Positions 48,107 to 57,551 of a stretch of 64,000 nucleotides of DNA are shown here, piece after piece. The stretch spans positions 6,989,162 through 7,053,161 of the forward strand of contig OZ242214.1 in NCBI GenBank assembly GCA_965206595.1, written 5' to 3'. The stretch's first letter is position 1; each line of letters starts with the position of its first letter. Both the position numbers and the translations under genes were made by a program. This stretch comes from Candidatus Latescibacterota bacterium. Its GTDB lineage: Bacteria > Latescibacterota > UBA2968 > UBA8231. The notes beneath the pieces were generated by a model, which had not been told where the DNA came from, ran no database searches, and worked only from the letters and a program-made list of their open reading frames with translations.

Positions 48107-51100
48107 CTACCGCAGCAGGGTCAGCTTGCGCGTCTGCACGCCGTCGCCCGTGACCAGGCGGTACACGTAGACCCCGCTGGCCAGGGGGTGACCCAGGTCG
48201 CTCCGGCCCTCCCAATGCAGGCGGTGGAGGCCGGCCTTCTCTACACCCTCGTGCAACAGTGCCACCCGCTGCCCCGTCAGCGAAAACACCTCCAACCGGG
48301 CCAGACCCGGACGCAGCAAGAAGTAGGACAGGACCGTCTGGCTGTTGAACGGATTGGGGGTGTTCTGCTGCAACTGCGGGCCATCGGGCAGGCCAATGCG
48401 CTCTCGGGCCAGTGCCATCAGTTTGGCACGCGCTGGCTGGCCGAAGTGATCGGCGAGGAGGAAGAAGTCGCCGAAGCCGACCTGACCATCGCCGTCGAGG
48501 TCGAAGTGGGGTTCGCTGGTGCCGAAGTAGTCGACGAACAGGAAGAAGTCGCCAAAGCCGACCTGGCCATCGCCGTCGAAGTCGGGGGAGGCCTGCCCGA
48601 CGGCGGTGAAAATCACCGGCTCCAACCCTTCTACGGTTACCTCTACGCTGATGCCCTCCCCCACCTCCCCGAGGGTCAGCGTGGCGGCAGCGCGGCCTTG
48701 GGCATCGGTAGTGGCGGTTTCTACAGACAGCGTGCCGTCGCCAGCGGTGATCGCGAAGGCGACTTGAACCCCTTCGAGCACATTGCCATTCTGATCCACC
48801 ACCTCCACGACCAACGGCTCGGCCAACGCCGCGCTGCCCCGTCCCCGCTGCTCATCTCCGGAGAGCTTGGTCAGCATCTTGGGGATCAGGTGCCCGCCGG
48901 CAGTGAAGATCACCGGCTCCAACCCCTCCACGGTCACCTCTACGCTGACGGTCCCCGCCATCAACGGCGTCAGCGTGGTGGCTGCGCGGCCTCGGGCGTC
49001 GGTAGTGGCGGTCTCGACAGACAGCGCCCCCTCCCCCCTGATAACCGCAAATGTAACGGCTGATCCGGGCAGGCCCACACCGTTCTGGTCCCGCACCTCG
49101 ACGATCAGGGGGTCCTCGACTGGAGTGCCCGACGGGGCCTGCTGGCCGTCGCCCGAGAGCTTGGCCAAGGCCTGGGGGCTCCGCGGGAACAGGACCCCCA
49201 CACCCCTGGCTTCCAGGGCCGGCAGGTGGGTGTTGGCGGCTAACGAATTCAGGGGATTGCCCTCGAGATTCAGGTGGGTCAGTTGCGTCGCCCACTCGAG
49301 ACCGGTCAGATCGCGGATCTCCCGGTTCCTCACGTCAAGGGTGGTCAAGCGCTCCATGTCGTCCCTGGTGAGAGGTCCGTAGCCGGATTTGCCCAGGGCT
49401 TCCCGAATGGCCGCTTTCAGGTTGAAGTCGGCCACATGTACCACGGGGGTTACGTAAGGAGACAGGTCCCACAAGACGATGGTGTAGTCCCCCCCTCTTT
49501 CATAACCGCTGCCTAATGATGTGGCAAAAGTTGTGCCATCCGGGGAAAATGTTGCACGCGCACCAAGCAGTTGGTCGCCACTGTTGCCTTGAAGTCTCGC
49601 GATGCGTCTGTATGCTTTCGCATCCAGATCCACCTCCCAGATCTTGATGTCTCCATCCTGTGAAGCGGTGACGATTCTGCCGCCATCCAGGGTAAATGAC
49701 GCATAGCGGAGAAGATTGACCGACCTTACCAGAAACTGATCCTTGAAGGCTCTCTTGCCCACGTCCCAAAAAGCGACCTTGCCATTGAATGCACTCGAAA
49801 CGAGTGTTTTCCCATCCGGTGAGAACGACACGGAAGTGACCGAGTCCTCATAGGGAATCTTGGCAATCTCGGTCTTTGTCGCCACGTCCCATAGCCTGAT
49901 CGTGCTATCAAAAGAACCCGAAGCCAGGGTCTTTCCATCCGGTGAAAAGGTCACGCTCTGGACACCATGTGTATGGCCTGCAAGAGGGGGGAGTTGGGTT
50001 TTTGTCTCCATGTCCCATAGCCTGATTATGCTTGGGCCGGTCCAATCATCCGTTATTCCTGAGGCGAGGATTTCTCCATCGGGCGAAAAGGCCAAAGACA
50101 TGATCCGACTGCGATAAGCACTAAGCGTGAAGGTGGTTATCTCCGTCCTCGTTGCCACGTCCCACAGCTTGATGCTGCCATGCCATGTTCCCGTGGCGAG
50201 GATTTTCCCATCGGGCGAAAAGGCCAAAGAAAAGACCTGGTGAACACGCCCCCGATAAGGGTCATATCCCTCAAGGGTGGCGATGTGTGCGCCGGTCTCT
50301 GCGTTCCACAGTTCAACAGTTAGATTCTCTGACGCTGCGGCGAGGATTTTCCCATCGGGCGAAAAGGCCACACCATTGGCTCCATTCCCCTTCTGTCGGT
50401 CCAGGGGGATGATGAGTTTGTGGGTCGACTCATGCAGCAGCGAAAGACCTATTGTGCGGATATTCCCGCGTAGATCCACAACCTCGATCGCCATCTTGTG
50501 AGTGAGGAGGGTGGAGAGACTCGCGGCACCGGGGTCCGATGGGGGAATGCCGTCATACTGGAGGTCGACAGCCGCATTCGTCACACCTCCCAATAGACGA
50601 CCTGTCTTCAACTCTGGAGAGCCTGCAGAAAAGTGCGTTTCTGGTGTTGTGACAAATAGAGATACTTGCTGAAGACCGTCAGGGTCGCTGAGTTCCAGTT
50701 GGATAGGGACGCTTGTTGCTCCTGTCCGATATGAACGCGATGAAAGGATCTCACACGTTGGCAAATCCAGCACATACTCCTGATACGTTGAGCTATCGGA
50801 ATTGAAATGGGGGTGTACGGCCAAATGCCCGGCGCTCAACTCGGAGAAACTGCCTTGCCCCGGGCCATAGGACATGATGTAGGCCCCATCGTTGAAGTTG
50901 TGCCACAATCCGAAAGCGTGTCCCAGTTCATGGGCTGCTCTGGTGACGAAGTTCGGGTCGAAATATTGGGTCAACATCGCCCATCCACTATTTCTCGACG
51001 TCTGGAGACCAAGCCCCAATACATTTCGAAATTGAATGTCTTCCTCGTTGCCCAGGACGATGAAGTAGATGTTTGAACCGAGATCGTATCCATATTCCCC

Positions 51101-51511
51101 TTGAATCCTGCCAAGCGCATCCGCATAGTGGTAATTGCCTCCGGTACCATACACGACATGCACCATGGGTTCACCTTGTGCATCTGTTTCATAACGGAAG
51201 GTTGTCTCGCCGAATCCGTGCGCTCTTATCTGGTCGGCATAGATCCGCTGTACTTCCCGAACGGTCGTCTTCATCTTGTCGACCACTTCCTGCCTGAACC
51301 TCTGCGGGTCGGACAGGAAGTAGATCATCCGCACGGTGCGCGGCTCTCCCGCATTCAGGAGGGCGACCCGCTTGCCCGCAGGGCGTTGCAGATGCCGCTC
51401 GAGCATCTCCGGGTCGACAGGCAGGCAGAAATGCGTGCCCTCGGCCGAGGAGGACACGGGATTGCCCATGGTGGAGAGCAGGACGGGTAGAATGGAAATG
51501 AGTCTTCTCAT
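48107..51511 (-). CDS. Secreted multidomain protein: metzincin peptidase, WD40 propeller, LRR, two Big_1-like Ig domains, EF-hand/dockerin-like pair, FlgD/T9SS-A-like CTD
   Basis: HELGHAFGLWH + IMSY; FSPDG repeats; IRDLTGLEWATQLTHLNL; KLSGD.Q..TTDA.GRA x2; DFDGDGQVGFGDF x2; QNTPNPFNSQT. Confidence 0.88.
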   Translation of the reverse strand: MRRLISILPVLLSTMGNPVSSSAEGTHFCLPVDPEMLERHLQRPAGKRVALLNAGEPRTVRMIYFLSDPQRFRQEVVDKMKTTVREVQRIYADQIRAHGFGETTFRYETDAQGEPMVHVVYGTGGNYHYADALGRIQGEYGYDLGSNIYFIVLGNEEDIQFRNVLGLGLQTSRNSGWAMLTQYFDPNFVTRAAHELGHAFGLWHNFNDGAYIMSYGPGQGSFSELSAGHLAVHPHFNSDSSTYQEYVLDLPTCEILSSRSYRTGATSVPIQLELSDPDGLQQVSLFVTTPETHFSAGSPELKTGRLLGGVTNAAVDLQYDGIPPSDPGAASLSTLLTHKMAIEVVDLRGNIRTIGLSLLHESTHKLIIPLDRQKGNGANGVAFSPDGKILAAASENLTVELWNAETGAHIATLEGYDPYRGRVHQVFSLAFSPDGKILATGTWHGSIKLWDVATRTEITTFTLSAYRSRIMSLAFSPDGEILASGITDDWTGPSIIRLWDMETKTQLPPLAGHTHGVQSVTFSPDGKTLASGSFDSTIRLWDVATKTEIAKIPYEDSVTSVSFSPDGKTLVSSAFNGKVAFWDVGKRAFKDQFLVRSVNLLRYASFTLDGGRIVTASQDGDIKIWEVDLDAKAYRRIARLQGNSGDQLLGARATFSPDGTTFATSLGSGYERGGDYTIVLWDLSPYVTPVVHVADFNLKAAIREALGKSGYGPLTRDDMERLTTLDVRNREIRDLTGLEWATQLTHLNLEGNPLNSLAANTHLPALEARGVGVLFPRSPQALAKLSGDGQQAPSGTPVEDPLIVEVRDQNGVGLPGSAVTFAVIRGEGALSVETATTDARGRAATTLTPLMAGTVSVEVTVEGLEPVIFTAGGHLIPKMLTKLSGDEQRGRGSAALAEPLVVEVVDQNGNVLEGVQVAFAITAGDGTLSVETATTDAQGRAAATLTLGEVGEGISVEVTVEGLEPVIFTAVGQASPDFDGDGQVGFGDFFLFVDYFGTSEPHFDLDGDGQVGFGDFFLLADHFGQPARAKLMALARERIGLPDGPQLQQNTPNPFNSQTVLSYFLLRPGLARLEVFSLTGQRVALLHEGVEKAGLHRLHWEGRSDLGHPLASGVYVYRLVTGDGVQTRKLTLLR

Positions 51512-51859
51512 GGTTCAGGTCCTCTGTTCTGGGGTGGGGGACGCGGCGCCTCAACCTGCCCAGCGGCGCGTACCTCGCAGGGGATCCACCAGCAACGGGC
51601 AGGGAAATATGGGTGGGAGGGGGAAGGATGCCGGGGTCCGCGGTCAGGGCCGCCGGACTCGGGTGCCGGGATGTCAACCCGCGGGAGGACGCCACGGCAG
51701 CGCTGGAGCTCTGGGCTCGCATGAACCATAGGTCCGGATATCAACCACGAAATTTCGTGGAAAATAGAGACTCCCGGGTCCTTGACAAGCGTGTGCCGGT
51801 CCCCGCCATGCGGAGATGCAATGGAGGGCCCCATCAGGAACCTGCCGCCCGACAGCCCG

Positions 51860-52231
51860 GCGAGGGGGAGCAGCAGCATGCCCGACTGCTCGTCGACGCC
51901 GGTCGACCCCAGGTGGACAGTGGAGACTACCTCCTCGGGGGCGAGGGCCGAGGACCATGCTTGCCAGGGAGAGGACGTAGATGCCGATGTCGAACAGGGC
52001 CCCGCCCCCGAGGTCGGGGTTGACGTCGGCGCGGAAGCCCAAGTCGGCCTGCACCATGCGGAGTTCGCCCACCGCGCTCTGGCGATCAGCTCGCGGGCGC
52101 GGGCAACGGCGGGGACGAAGCGCGCCGACATGGCCTCCATGTGGAACAGCTCCCGCCGGCGCGCCGCCTCGATCACCCGCCGCGCCTCGGCGGCGTTGAT
52201 GGTGAAGGGTTGTCTCGCACAGGACCGCCTT
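51860..52231 (-). pseudogene. Gfo/Idh/MocA oxidoreductase remnant
   Basis: VLCE, PFTINAAEARRVIEAARRRELFHMEAM, DLGGGALFDIGIY across frames. Confidence 0.7.
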
Positions 52232-52411
52232 CCGGGCGATTGCAGCTTTCACCACGGCCACGTCCTCCACTCGAGTCGGGCCAACGTCAGCGGCCGGCGC
52301 CGGCGCGGCTACGCCACGCACTACGTGAGCGCCCATTGCCGGTACACCGGTCCCGAAGGCGAGAACGACGCCATGCCGGTGCGGGGCCGGTCGATTCCGG
52401 GCTGTATCTGA
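52232..52411 (+). pseudogene. Second copy of the PhyH 3' end (47399-47578)
   Basis: 180-bp ungapped match with 11 substitutions by manual alignment. Confidence 0.85.
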
Positions 52412-52528
52412 GGGACTCGGTTCAGGCGCCAGGCCGAGGAGCCCCCGGCGCTGCCTGCTCACCAAGGTTCAAGGCCGGGCGGACCCGCATGGCGACCCCT
52501 GCAAAGGTCGCAGCGCCCCGGAGCGGCC

Positions 52529-53335
52529 CTACTCCAGCCTGCGGCCGGGTGGGGTCCTCAGGGAGTGGGTCTCGATGTCCCAGTCGCCCTGGAAGATGGT
52601 CACGGCATCGCCGGCGGCCGCCCCGGCGTCGGAGGCGAGGTCGATGATCCTGGCGGCCGAATCCTTGGGCGGGGACAGGCCCGGCCGCACCTCCCGCTCC
52701 GCTTCGTCGGCGGAGCGGCCCGCCTTTTCCGCCATCTCGCGGATGGCGCCGACCTTCATGTTCGTCGCCATCTCCCCCGGGGCCACGGCGTGGATACGAA
52801 TGTTGAGGGGGCGAAGCTGCTCCCGGGCGACCAGGACCAGCCCCCGGACCCCCCCTTTGCTCGATCCGTACGGCAGGGAGGAGCTGCCCCCTATCACTCC
52901 GGCCCCGGATATGACGAACAGCACAACCCCACCCCCAGCCTTCTCCATCAGGGGAACGGCGTACTTCAACAGCAGAAAGCTGCCGGTGAGGTTGACGTCG
53001 ATCACCCGCCGCCAGGTTTCCTCCGAGTACTCGTCGACTCGCGTCCCCGGATCGAGGAGGATGGCCGCCGGATTGATCAGGATGTCGAGATGTCCGAAGC
53101 GCTCGCCCGCGGTCTCCATCAACTGGCGGACGTCCGCGGACCGGCCGAGATCGGTGTGCACGAAGTGGGCCGTGCCCCCTTCTTCGCAGATCTGCCGGGC
53201 CGTCGCTTCCCCGCCGGCCTCGTCGATGTCCGCCAGGACGAGCCGCGCCCCTTCGCGGGCGGCGCATATGGCGGTGGCGCGGCCGAGGCCGGTGGCGGCG
53301 CCGGTGACGACTGCTGTCTTGTCTTCAAGTTTCAC
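52529..53335 (-). CDS. Short-chain dehydrogenase/reductase (SDR)
   Basis: VVTGAATGLG, DVNLTG, YGSSKG (YxxxK), VAPG. Confidence 0.9.
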   Translation of the reverse strand: MKLEDKTAVVTGAATGLGRATAICAAREGARLVLADIDEAGGEATARQICEEGGTAHFVHTDLGRSADVRQLMETAGERFGHLDILINPAAILLDPGTRVDEYSEETWRRVIDVNLTGSFLLLKYAVPLMEKAGGGVVLFVISGAGVIGGSSSLPYGSSKGGVRGLVLVAREQLRPLNIRIHAVAPGEMATNMKVGAIREMAEKAGRSADEAEREVRPGLSPPKDSAARIIDLASDAGAAAGDAVTIFQGDWDIETHSLRTPPGRRLE

Positions 53336-53382
53336 GCGCCCGCTCCGAAGTCGGGTCCCCTTCGCCGGGACCGCGCTGAGGG

Positions 53383-53796
53383 TCAGTTCTCAATAGTGAC
53401 CTTCGCCTTGCGCGCGGGGCGCTCGTGGAGGTGCCCGCCCGTGCCGGGCAGGGACACTCCCAGGCGGATCGTCGTCTCCCCCGCCTTCGGGAAGATGTGG
53501 TGGTAGGTCATGGCCGGGACGTAGATGAAGTCCCCTTCCCTGGCGTGAACGGGGTCGTCTTCGCGGCCCTCGATGATCCAGTCGATCTCCCCTTCGAGCA
53601 CGATCCACCACTCGTCGTAGTTGTGGCAGTGCCAGTCGTTCTGTTCGAATCCGGGGGGCTGGCAGATGACGTTGGCGGCGAGGTGGTCGGACACCACGAC
53701 CCGGCGCGACCACGGAGGCGGGCCGAACTCCTGTTTCAGCTCGTCGAGATTGACCTGATTCAAGGTGCTGCTCAGAACCGGATTACCCAGCGGCAT
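53383..53796 (-). CDS. Cupin domain protein
   Basis: WHCHNYDEWWIVLEG; GDFIYVPAMTYH. Confidence 0.88.
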   Translation of the reverse strand: MPLGNPVLSSTLNQVNLDELKQEFGPPPWSRRVVVSDHLAANVICQPPGFEQNDWHCHNYDEWWIVLEGEIDWIIEGREDDPVHAREGDFIYVPAMTYHHIFPKAGETTIRLGVSLPGTGGHLHERPARKAKVTIEN

Positions 53797-53848
53797 GACG
53801 ATCTCCCTTTTCTGGTGGATGCTGTTTCTGGTGGATGCTGTTCCTGCG

Positions 53849-55006
53849 TCAGTGCACTTCCGCGATCAGCGACTGGAACTTCTCCTCGTCGTACTCGGCG
53901 CCCCACCCCGGCAGGTCGTTGGGGGCGATGTGGCCGTCGACGATGAGGGGGGCGTTGGTCACTCCCCATTGCTCCCCCCACCGGCGCAGCCCGTCGCCGC
54001 CCTGATGGAAGTACTCGTAGTAGTCGTTGTTTTCGATGCAGCAGCCGAGGTGGGCGTGGACGTGGCCGAAGAGCCCGCCGGGGCCGGCGATCTCGACCTG
54101 GGCGCCGTGCATCTCGGCGAGGTGGGCGAGCTTGAGCACCGAGGTGACGCCCGCGGCGATGGCGTCGGCGCGCACGTAGTCGGTCGCCCCCTGCTTGAGC
54201 CACTCGGCGGTGATGCCGACGTCGTGCATGAGGTTTTCGGTCGACATCACCGGCATTTCGAGGGCGTCGCACAGCTTCTGGTAGGAGCTCATCTTCGCCT
54301 CGTGCATCGGCTCCTCGAGCCAGATGAAGTCGAGCCGCTCCATCAAGCGGCCGACCTCGATGGCCTCGCGCAGGTCGTAGGAGCAGACCGGATCGTTGAT
54401 GAGGTCGTAGTCCGGCCCGACCGCCTCGCGGGTCTTCTCGAGGATCGGCATGTCGGCCCGGCCCCCCTTGTAGGTGTGGAACTTGTAGGCGTTGACGCCG
54501 AACTCCCTGCCGTGCTCGATGGTGCCGAGGTAATCCTCCAGGGAGGGGCCCGAGCTCGTCAGGTACACGGGGAAGCGCTCGCGCACCTTCCCGATCAGGG
54601 CGTGCACCGGAAGGCCCGCGGCCTTGCCGGCCAGGTCCCACAGGCAGGTGTCGAGGTCGCCGTGCCAGCCCTGTCTCTGGCGCAGCCAGCGCGTCCCCTT
54701 GAACAGCATCTGCCAGATGTGCTCGCGGTGCATCGGGTCCTCGCCGACAACGTGGGCGCGCAGCAGGTCCATCTGGTCCGGGCGCATGGTCGAGGTGCAG
54801 CGGCCGCTGAGTCCTTCGGTATGGACTTCGAGGAAATTGTGGCGCGGCCTCGACGGGGGACCGTGGGCGGCTTTCTTGTTGGGCACCGGTCCCGACGACC
54901 ACTGGATGCGGCGCAGGTTGGGAACCTGCCCCAGCCGGGGAATGCCCGCCGGTTTGGGCTCTCCGGGTTGTTCGAGAACGAGCAGCCTGACATCGGTGAT
55001 TTTCAT
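53849..55006 (-). CDS. Enolase superfamily mandelate racemase-like dehydratase (paralog of 2269-3429)
   Basis: Same motifs incl. YKFHTYKGG, NDPVCSYDLREAIEVG, WLEEP. Confidence 0.9.
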   Translation of the reverse strand: MKITDVRLLVLEQPGEPKPAGIPRLGQVPNLRRIQWSSGPVPNKKAAHGPPSRPRHNFLEVHTEGLSGRCTSTMRPDQMDLLRAHVVGEDPMHREHIWQMLFKGTRWLRQRQGWHGDLDTCLWDLAGKAAGLPVHALIGKVRERFPVYLTSSGPSLEDYLGTIEHGREFGVNAYKFHTYKGGRADMPILEKTREAVGPDYDLINDPVCSYDLREAIEVGRLMERLDFIWLEEPMHEAKMSSYQKLCDALEMPVMSTENLMHDVGITAEWLKQGATDYVRADAIAAGVTSVLKLAHLAEMHGAQVEIAGPGGLFGHVHAHLGCCIENNDYYEYFHQGGDGLRRWGEQWGVTNAPLIVDGHIAPNDLPGWGAEYDEEKFQSLIAEVH

Positions 55007-55141
55007 TTTCGCGCCGACCTCCCCAAGGATGCCCGTACTAAGGGTTCCCCCGGGGGCGGGGTCAAGGAAGGCCGGGCCACCCGGCGGACCTCAGGGCCCG
55101 GTGGCGCGTGAGCCGGTGAAGCGAAAACAGGAGGCGGCAGC

Positions 55142-56449
55142 ATGAAACCGAAACCGTATGTCAGCGTCACCCTCGAAGGCCCGGACGACGGCGGCGACTT
55201 CGGCCGCAACACCCCCGGCACCAGGACGGGCGGCATCCAGGAAGCCCTCGACTACGCCCACGCCCACTCGCGGGACGTGTGGATCTGGGGCGGACGCGGC
55301 GGCGTTCACGACGGCGTGGGATCCCCCCACAACATCTTCACCCTCCAGGAGACCCTGCGCGTCCCCTGGAGCCAGGACTTCCGCCTCGACGGGGGCAACT
55401 ACCTGCTGTCCTACACCGGGGAGAGCGGCCACGCCATCCATTTCGACAGCCAGATGAACTGCCGCTACAAGTTCGGCCTCGTCAGCTCCGGCTCCCCCGA
55501 CGCGGTGGTGGCGATCCGGCCGGAGACCCCCGGTCCCGACGACTTCACCTGCGTCACCGCCTCGGTCTTCGACTTCGCCTGCGCCGTCTCCAGCCACCCC
55601 CAGGGAACCGGCATCCTCCTCGACTCGTCGCATGGCCCCATCGTCAACAGCAAGCTGTTCGCCGAGGAGACGAACACGCGCGGCACCGGCCTGCATCTCA
55701 GCGACGGCAACGGCAGCGGCCACAACCTCGGCAACAACAGCATCGAGATCCTCTACGGAAACCAGTACCACGCGACCGGGGACTGCGCCGGCCTGCGCCT
55801 CGGCGACCCCGAGTCGGACAAGATCCGGCACAACAGACTCGCGCTCTCCTTCCACGCGCCGCGGGCGGCGTACTTCGACGAGGAGACGCGCCGCTATGTA
55901 ACCGTGGAGGACTTCGTCGCCGACGACGCCTTCGGCGCGGTGATCAGCGCCCAGCGCAACCTGCTGACCCTGTCCTGCTTCGGCCCCCGCCGGCCCGGGT
56001 GCGACGTCGTCTTCGAGAAGGGGGCGCGGGACAACACCGTCGTCGCCCTCAGCCTGCCCAACGGGGTCACCAACAGGGCGGAGGTCCCCTCGAACCGGAT
56101 CCTCTGCAACTGGCCGGCCGGGTTCTCCGTCGAGACGCCGGCGGTTCCGGCTTCGGGCGTTCCCGCGGTCAACAGGAGTTCGCTTCCGGTGCAGGCCCTC
56201 ATCGTCGAGCCGGGAGAGGTGCGTTCCTGGACGATCACAGACTGCGGCAGCACGGCGCCGCTGGCCCCCTTCAACCTGAGTCTCGCCGACAGCCACGGAC
56301 CGCGGTCGACCGAGCCGGGGCCGGAGCGGGAAGCGGGGTCACAGACGATTTGCGGTCCACTGTACGCGGGGCAGACCATCCTGCTGGAGCCGGGGGACGC
56401 GGTTTCCTTCGACTACGATGTGCCGCCCGTATGGAGGTGGAAGGGCTAA
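55142..56449 (+). CDS. Hypothetical protein, possibly parallel beta-helix
   Basis: RBS GGAGG; host codon usage; TGGIQEALDYA resembles beta-helix N-cap; Gly/Asn-rich strands. Confidence 0.7.
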   Translation: MKPKPYVSVTLEGPDDGGDFGRNTPGTRTGGIQEALDYAHAHSRDVWIWGGRGGVHDGVGSPHNIFTLQETLRVPWSQDFRLDGGNYLLSYTGESGHAIHFDSQMNCRYKFGLVSSGSPDAVVAIRPETPGPDDFTCVTASVFDFACAVSSHPQGTGILLDSSHGPIVNSKLFAEETNTRGTGLHLSDGNGSGHNLGNNSIEILYGNQYHATGDCAGLRLGDPESDKIRHNRLALSFHAPRAAYFDEETRRYVTVEDFVADDAFGAVISAQRNLLTLSCFGPRRPGCDVVFEKGARDNTVVALSLPNGVTNRAEVPSNRILCNWPAGFSVETPAVPASGVPAVNRSSLPVQALIVEPGEVRSWTITDCGSTAPLAPFNLSLADSHGPRSTEPGPEREAGSQTICGPLYAGQTILLEPGDAVSFDYDVPPVWRWKG

Positions 56450-56550
56450 GCAGGCCGGAGTGAAGAAACGCTCGGCGTCGCCTGAGACCCTTCGCCGATA
56501 GCTCTACCTGACTTGATGAACCTTCAAAAACGAGCTTCTTCTATTCCAAC

Positions 56551-56739
56551 ATGGACAGCCGGACAGTTTTGAAACGACTGAGGGAGGACGGTTGGGAAAC
56601 AGACCGTATTCGCGGATCGCATTACCATTTGAAACACCCGGAAAAAGAGGGCCGGGTGACAGTTCCGCATCCGCGACGCGACCTGCCTCCCGGTACACTC
56701 CGGAGCATTGAAAGACAATCCGGGCTAAGACTACGATAG
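56551..56739 (+). CDS. hicA: HicA family toxin
   Basis: L..DGW...RIRGSHYHLKHP...VTVPHP..DLPPGTLRSI..QSG. Confidence 0.9.
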   Translation: MDSRTVLKRLREDGWETDRIRGSHYHLKHPEKEGRVTVPHPRRDLPPGTLRSIERQSGLRLR

Positions 56740-56749
56740 GAGGACCACC

Positions 56750-57043
56750 GTGAAGCGGACCTACATCGGCTTGGTTCACAAGGAGCCGGAGAGCGATTAC
56801 GGGGTGAGCTTTCCCGATTTACCGGGATGTGTTACCGCTGGCCACACCTTTGAGGAAGCCAAAAAACTGGCTGCAGAGGCTCTTACCCTTCATCTCGAAG
56901 GTTTGGGCAGCTCGGGCAATGAGATTCCCGAACCCAGCTCCGCCGACGCAGTTGTTGCGCATCCGGATGCCTGCGACGCCATAGCCTTGCTTGTTGTCGA
57001 AGCTATTCCTGAGCAAGCCGAGATTCAGGTTTCGAGCAGTTAG
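56750..57043 (+). CDS. hicB: HicB family antitoxin
   Basis: YGVSFPDLPGCVTAGHTFEEA...EAL; RBS AGGAGG. Confidence 0.9.
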   Translation: MKRTYIGLVHKEPESDYGVSFPDLPGCVTAGHTFEEAKKLAAEALTLHLEGLGSSGNEIPEPSSADAVVAHPDACDAIALLVVEAIPEQAEIQVSSS

Positions 57044-57180
57044 GGCAAGCCTTCCGGCACCCGAAATACCGCACCACGCTTCGCTTCGGTGGGTTCGGAG
57101 TCCGCGAGAACGTTATCAGACATGACCGTTTTGTGAATTTGTGAAGATTACCGGTGTATCAGAATGACAGGGGAGGCCAA

Positions 57181-57369
57181 GTGAAGTACCGAGTCTTGGT
57201 AGAAGTAGATGAAGATGGGGTTTTCGTCGCCGAGGTTCCCTCCCTTCCCGGTTGCGTTTCTCAGGGCGGCTCCCGTGACGAAGCGCTCACCAACGTCCGA
57301 GAGGCCATTTCCCTCTACATTGAAAGTCTCGAAGAGCGAGGCGAGCCAATTCCGCACGGACCCGCCTGA
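57181..57369 (+). CDS. Solo HicB-like (UPF0150) protein
   Basis: RBS GGGAGG + GTG; FVAEVPSLPGCVSQGGSRDEALTNVREAI. Confidence 0.85.
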   Translation: MKYRVLVEVDEDGVFVAEVPSLPGCVSQGGSRDEALTNVREAISLYIESLEERGEPIPHGPA

Positions 57370-57397
57370 TAACTCAGGATATACGCCGCTTCGCTAA

Positions 57398-57428
57398 AAC
57401 GCCCTGCCGACATCGCAGGGCGTTCTTC
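57398..57428. terminator. Stem-loop terminator between convergent genes
   Basis: AACGCCCTGC-CGACATC-GCAGGGCGTT followed by CTT. Confidence 0.55.
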
Positions 57429-57551
57429 GTTTACGCGCGCCCCTGTTGGGCGGTGCGGATGAGCGCGCTCACCCTCCTCGATCAGCTAGTCGTCGATTAA
57501 CACGTGGGTGCCGAGGCCAGATCGATTCGGCTGACCCGGCAGCCCGGGGGT

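Noticed and set aside
47399-52411. PhyH duplicate as a diversity-generating retroelement TR/VR pair
   Set aside because: Differences are not adenine-specific, are mostly synonymous, and no reverse transcriptase is present
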